DNA of 64,000 nucleotides from Bacteroidaceae bacterium (GTDB lineage Bacteria; Bacteroidota; Bacteroidia; Bacteroidales; Bacteroidaceae): NCBI GenBank assembly GCA_045629085.1, contig JAZQQO010000034.1, positions 20,983 to 84,982 of the forward strand, read 5' to 3'. Shown piece by piece: positions 60,403 to 64,000 of this stretch (position 1 is its first letter; each line of letters starts with the position of its first letter). The notes under the pieces were generated by a model. It saw only the letters and a program-made list of their open reading frames with translations, ran no database searches and was not told where the DNA came from. The position numbers and the translations under genes were made by a program.

Positions 60403-60729
60403 ATGAAAAAACGCATAGTCTGGCACCCTGAGGCAAAAGAGGATTTACGTAAGATTCTTATCTATTGCCGTGACGAATTTGGGAGCGAAACAGCAAAGAA
60501 CGTACGAGAACGTATTCTCAATGCAGTTGCTAATTTGTCGGTCTATCCGCAACTCGGTTTCAAGGAGGAATCACTTGCCAATACAACAACGTTGACCTAT
60601 CGTTCTATCATTGTCCGTCAAACCAAAGTTGTGTATTCTGTTCACGAAACTCATATCTACATACACCTTTTATGGAACACTTGGCGTGACCCGTCTAAAC
60701 TCTCTCCGTTGACAAAGGAGAGAGAGTAA
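60403..60729 (+). CDS. ParE/RelE-superfamily type II toxin (plasmid stabilisation system protein)
   Basis: 108 aa. MKKRIVWHPEAKEDLRKILIYCRDEFGSETAKNVRERILNAVANLSVYPQLG...VVYSVHETHIYIHLLW follows the ParE pattern. Confidence 0.7.
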   Translation: MKKRIVWHPEAKEDLRKILIYCRDEFGSETAKNVRERILNAVANLSVYPQLGFKEESLANTTTLTYRSIIVRQTKVVYSVHETHIYIHLLWNTWRDPSKLSPLTKERE

Positions 60730-60772
60730 AATTACACATTGTAGCAGTTGCGTAACAGTCGTACGTGTGACA

Positions 60773-61396
60773 CTATTTCTGTAATTCTTTAGATATTAGA
60801 TTTCCCTTTCTCACATACTTCTCTGCAACCTTTTTCTCATCTCTTGTCAGTTCATCAAGACAAATGCTCCAGGTAAGCGTAGGTTCCGTCTCCGACAAGC
60901 GTGCCTCCAGAAACGTCAAGTCCTGAAGCATCAGTATAGCCCCCTGTAAGGCATCTGCATCTTCGCCTGATCCCTGCTCGAAGAATTCCTGCACAGCAGG
61001 GCGTTCTATCCCAGCCCTGGGTTCCCATTGCTGTGTGTAGCACGACAGATAACTGTCGGCAGCAGGTCCAAGGCAAGTGTGCACGACATAGATGATGCCG
61101 GCAGAGTCCGTTGTATGCAGCAATTTCATCTCCACACGGCTCACATCGCTGGTCTCCAACAGCAGATAGTCATCGGTCATCTTCTTCAGTTCCACAAACT
61201 GATCGAGCTTATTGCGCACCTTGGCCTCCATATTGTTTTCTATGAAGTCGATACAGTCCAAGCGGTTGTTCTTGGTCATCATCGGCAACAAACTATCAGG
61301 CATCGATGCAAATACATCCCTCATTCGCACCTGTGCGCATAAACTGAAGACTGAAAGGTGAAGACTGAAAAGTAAAAATAATACGATCTTTTTCAT
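60773..61396 (-). CDS. Secreted hypothetical protein (tentatively DUF3256-like)
   Basis: 207 aa with a signal peptide, then DVFASMPDSLLPMMTKNNRLDCIDFIENNM... The family assignment is from memory only. Confidence 0.55.
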   Translation of the reverse strand: MKKIVLFLLFSLHLSVFSLCAQVRMRDVFASMPDSLLPMMTKNNRLDCIDFIENNMEAKVRNKLDQFVELKKMTDDYLLLETSDVSRVEMKLLHTTDSAGIIYVVHTCLGPAADSYLSCYTQQWEPRAGIERPAVQEFFEQGSGEDADALQGAILMLQDLTFLEARLSETEPTLTWSICLDELTRDEKKVAEKYVRKGNLISKELQK

Positions 61397-61414
61397 AATC
61401 TGCGGGCTTCTTTA

Positions 61415-62335
61415 TTATAATATGTTTCCCAGGCACAAGAACACCATACTGAGCAGCACCAACAAGAGGTCGACAGCCTTGCTGCGCAGGTTCTTCTCAC
61501 GGAAGATCAATGCTGCCGCAAGGAAACTGACAATGACACTACTACGTCGCACCATGGACACGATGCTTACCATTGCACCATCCAGACTCAATGAATAGAA
61601 ATACACGAAGTCAGCCACACTCAGGAACAGGCTAATGAACAGAATCGTCCACCGCCATTGAAATGGAGTAGATTTTTTGCGCTGCGGCCACCAGATGAGG
61701 AGCAGCATCGCACCCATCATCGCAGCCTGATAGAAGTTGTAGTAGCTCTGTACCACCATACGGTTCAGACCCACGCCACCGGCATCCACGGGTGCCATCA
61801 GGTATTTGTCATACAATCCACTGATCGCTCCCAGAGCCGCTGCAGCCACCGTGCAGAGAATCCAACGGTTGTGCGCAAAGTTGATGCCTTCCTTCTTACC
61901 ACTTCTACTGAGCAGGAAGAAACTGATGATGGCCAACGTCACACCAATCCACTGATAAACATTCAAGCGCTCACCAAAGAAGAGTAAAGCACCCACCAGC
62001 ACCATCACGGGGCGTGTGGCATTGATGGGACCAACGAGCGTCAGGGGCAGGTGCTTCATGCCATAATAGCCACAAAGCCAGGAACTCAGCACGATACACG
62101 ATTTCAGCACGATATATTTCTGTACCGCCCATCCTTGTTGCGGAACATACAGTAATGCATCCTCCCCTATCACTCCTACTCCCGACAGCAGAACGCAGGG
62201 CAGGAAGACAAGGCTGCAGAACACTGTGTTCAGAAAGAGCACAGGGATTACGGCATTGTCACGCAGCGAGTGCTTCTTCGACACATCGTAGAAGCCTAAC
62301 AGCACTGCTGACATAAAAGCGAATAACAACCACAT
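61415..62335 (-). CDS. EamA/DMT-family transporter
   Basis: 306 aa with about 10 hydrophobic helices in two similar halves. Confidence 0.8.
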   Translation of the reverse strand: MWLLFAFMSAVLLGFYDVSKKHSLRDNAVIPVLFLNTVFCSLVFLPCVLLSGVGVIGEDALLYVPQQGWAVQKYIVLKSCIVLSSWLCGYYGMKHLPLTLVGPINATRPVMVLVGALLFFGERLNVYQWIGVTLAIISFFLLSRSGKKEGINFAHNRWILCTVAAAALGAISGLYDKYLMAPVDAGGVGLNRMVVQSYYNFYQAAMMGAMLLLIWWPQRKKSTPFQWRWTILFISLFLSVADFVYFYSLSLDGAMVSIVSMVRRSSVIVSFLAAALIFREKNLRSKAVDLLLVLLSMVFLCLGNIL

Positions 62336-62348
62336 ACCAACTCTATAC

Positions 62349-62383
62349 TAATTGATAATTGACAATTGATAATTGATAATTAG
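62349..62383 (+). repeat. Heptamer tandem array (5 units, TAATTGA family) between the truA stop and the EamA start
   Basis: taattga taattga caattga taattga taattag. Confidence 0.9.
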
Positions 62384-62394
62384 TACACACTAAA

Positions 62395-63147
62395 CTATAA
62401 ACTAGAATACTTAATATCCACCAAGAACAGGGCATTGCCCGGCACACTCTCACCAGCCGAGCAACGATTCTTCTCCTCTATCACTTTGCGGAATCCGTCC
62501 AGTGTCAGTTTGCCACGTCCCACCTCCACGAGCGTCCCCACGATGGCACGCACCATATTACGCAAGAATCGGTTGGCAGAGACGGTGAAGCGCCACACGC
62601 CGGGTTCCATCTCATCCCAATGCGCCTCAGTGACGGTACACAGGTTGGTCTTCGTGTCGGTATTTGTCTTCGAGAAACTTGTAAAGTCGGTGTACTCCAT
62701 CAGCAACTTGGCCGCCTCGTTCATCTTGGCAAAATCCAACTCACCATACACTTGCCAACTGTAATGCCGCAAGAATGGATCCTTACGGGTGTGTATGAAA
62801 TAGTGATACGTACGACTCGTGGCAGAGAAACGCGCATGCATGTCATCAGCCACAGCCTCCACCTTCTGCACGGCTATGTCGCGAGGCAGAATCTTATTGA
62901 GTTTGTATACGAGCTGAGCTAATTGTGAAGTGTGAATTGTGAATTGTGAATTGACATCAAAGTGCCCTACCATCATCTTGGCATGTACGCCAGCATCGGT
63001 GCGACCGGCACCTACCACCTCAATATCTTGCCGAAGCAATGTGGATAGCGCCTTCTGCAGCACCTCCTGCACACTGATGCCATTCGGCTGTATCTGCCAG
63101 CCATGGTAGTTCGTACCATCGTAACTGAATGTAATGAAGTAACGCAT
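62395..63147 (-). CDS. truA: tRNA pseudouridine(38-40) synthase TruA
   Basis: [23 protein letters not shown]...[11 protein letters not shown] (catalytic Asp). The start was set at the ATG at 63145-63147, because the 10 extra codons of the ORF track read through repeat copy E. Confidence 0.95.
   Translation of the reverse strand: MRYFITFSYDGTNYHGWQIQPNGISVQEVLQKALSTLLRQDIEVVGAGRTDAGVHAKMMVGHFDVNSQFTIHTSQLAQLVYKLNKILPRDIAVQKVEAVADDMHARFSATSRTYHYFIHTRKDPFLRHYSWQVYGELDFAKMNEAAKLLMEYTDFTSFSKTNTDTKTNLCTVTEAHWDEMEPGVWRFTVSANRFLRNMVRAIVGTLVEVGRGKLTLDGFRKVIEEKNRCSAGESVPGNALFLVDIKYSSL
62921..62955 (+). repeat. Heptamer tandem array (5 units, AATTGTG family) inside the truA coding sequence
   Basis: aattgtg aagtgtg aattgtg aattgtg aattgac. 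The minus strand encodes ...[14 protein letters not shown]... Confidence 0.85.
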
Positions 63148-63152
63148 AAGAA

Positions 63153-63195
63153 GACCCTCTCCGTCCCTACGGGACACCCCCCTTTATGGGGAGGA
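63153..63195 (+). repeat. GC-rich nested-hairpin element, copy E
   Basis: GACCCTCTCC-GTCCCTACGGGAC-ACCCCCCTTTATGGGGAGGA. It begins 5 nt from the truA start codon. Its tail TTTTTATAGGGGA resembles the tail of copy A. Confidence 0.8.
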
Positions 63196-63235
63196 TTTTT
63201 ATAGGGGACGCTGCTTGTTATTGTTTTTAGTATTA

Positions 63236-64000
63236 TTATTTTCTAAACTTGGCAATCACCACCTTTTTGCCGTTGACGATGTAGATGCCCGGTGCCAATT
63301 GTGAATTAACCCTCCTTCCACTCATGTCGTACACACCTGCATAGCGGCTCCTCTCCTTTGGAGAGGCGGGGGTGAGGCTTATGCCCGTCTCATCCTTGTA
63401 GTCGCTCATCTGGATGTCATCCACATTGATGCGCTTGCCACTCGTGCCGCTGCACTCAAACTTCAAGCGGATATTACCCATCTGCTTCACGGCATAGCCA
63501 TAGCGCTGCCAGGTGCCCATGGACAGTTCCTCCACCACGGGCGTCCAGCTCTCTCCGCCATCCAGCGAGTAGCTCACGGTGAGCTTCATGTTGGTATCAC
63601 TGTTATAGTTTGAGGCGTAGAACCACAGTGAGTCGCATCCCAATGCCTTGTCCGTACGCATCTCGGCCACACCACCACTCTTCAGGCGCATCGAGTACTC
63701 GTCGTTCGCATTCTTGTCCTTATATATCAAGGCATCGGCCATATACCAGGTGGCAGCACTGCCTTCTACCGTAGCCGCAGCATAACTGCTCTTGCCAGCC
63801 GTTTCGAAGTCCTCGAAGAAGTGTCGCTGTTCGTCCACATTAGCGGTGAGGGGGACGATACGGTCCTTCAAGCCCTTCGTACTGAGTATCAGGTCGCCAC
63901 GATAGACACCTTCTGTCTCGGTGGCAGCCAGACGCACAAAGAACGAGGCATCGGCTTTCAAGGTGAGTTCGTGTACCCACTCCTCGGCCTCTTCGTCATC
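63236..64000 (-). CDS. T9SS-sorted secreted protein, C-terminal part (gene continues past the right edge)
   Basis: The tail GVYDMSGRRVNSQLAPGIYIVNGKKVVIAKFRK resembles a T9SS sorting domain. The frame stays open to position 64000. Confidence 0.7.
   Translation of the reverse strand, partial: DDEEAEEWVHELTLKADASFFVRLAATETEGVYRGDLILSTKGLKDRIVPLTANVDEQRHFFEDFETAGKSSYAAATVEGSAATWYMADALIYKDKNANDEYSMRLKSGGVAEMRTDKALGCDSLWFYASNYNSDTNMKLTVSYSLDGGESWTPVVEELSMGTWQRYGYAVKQMGNIRLKFECSGTSGKRINVDDIQMSDYKDETGISLTPASPKERSRYAGVYDMSGRRVNSQLAPGIYIVNGKKVVIAKFRK
63349..63377 (-). repeat. GC-rich hairpin element, variant copy G (inside coding sequence)
   Basis: CTCCTCTCCTTTGGAGAGGCGGGGGTGAGG has hairpin CCTCTCC/GGAGAGG followed by CGGGGGTGAGG (compare copy D, ...GGGGGAGGGCGGGGGGAGAGG). 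It encodes ...LTPASPKERS... just before the sorting tail. Confidence 0.5.

Overview
By eye this is a chromosomal window from a Bacteroidota genome, probably Prevotella/Segatella-like. This taxonomic call is inference, based on TAnnTTTG -7 promoter boxes, T9SS-type C-terminal tails and a tmRNA tag GENNYALAA. Gene order, left to right:
- the tail of a capsule/O-antigen export cluster (membrane-protein fragment, Wzz, Wza, initiating sugar transferase), then tmRNA and an AICARFT-only PurH-like gene;
- a terminator-bounded accessory unit of about 18 kb: small basic ORF, membrane-anchored AraC regulator, two giant secreted proteins of 2082 and 3180 aa, and a lipoprotein;
- a housekeeping block (SGNH partner + MBOAT, pgeF, obg, adk, hpt, nnr), then a DUF4831-like gene, an Omp85-like gene, an RND efflux operon and fba;
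- a putative extracellular nucleic-acid scavenging locus (EEP nuclease, TonB-dependent receptor, two OB-fold lipoproteins, non-specific endonuclease) and ribosomal protein L31 type B;
- a second accessory operon (M6 metalloprotease, a RAYT-like HUH domain fused to a DprA-like domain, a 1183 aa T9SS adhesin, a 61 aa ORF);
- a ParE-type toxin-antitoxin pair, a DUF3256-like gene, an EamA transporter, truA and a T9SS protein fragment.

Several small-repeat systems lie on top of the genes and are not explained by them:
- a GC-rich nested-hairpin element (at least 7 copies) that docks next to start or stop codons and twice sits in frame inside genes;
- AT-rich heptamer tandem arrays (AATTGNN / GATTGAA) at six sites, one of them inside truA;
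- a perfect 32 bp inverted repeat, a dispersed 38-mer, and two sets of direct repeats phased at 22 nt.

No rRNA, tRNA, CRISPR array, integrase or prophage was seen. All domain calls are by-eye motif recognition, not database searches.
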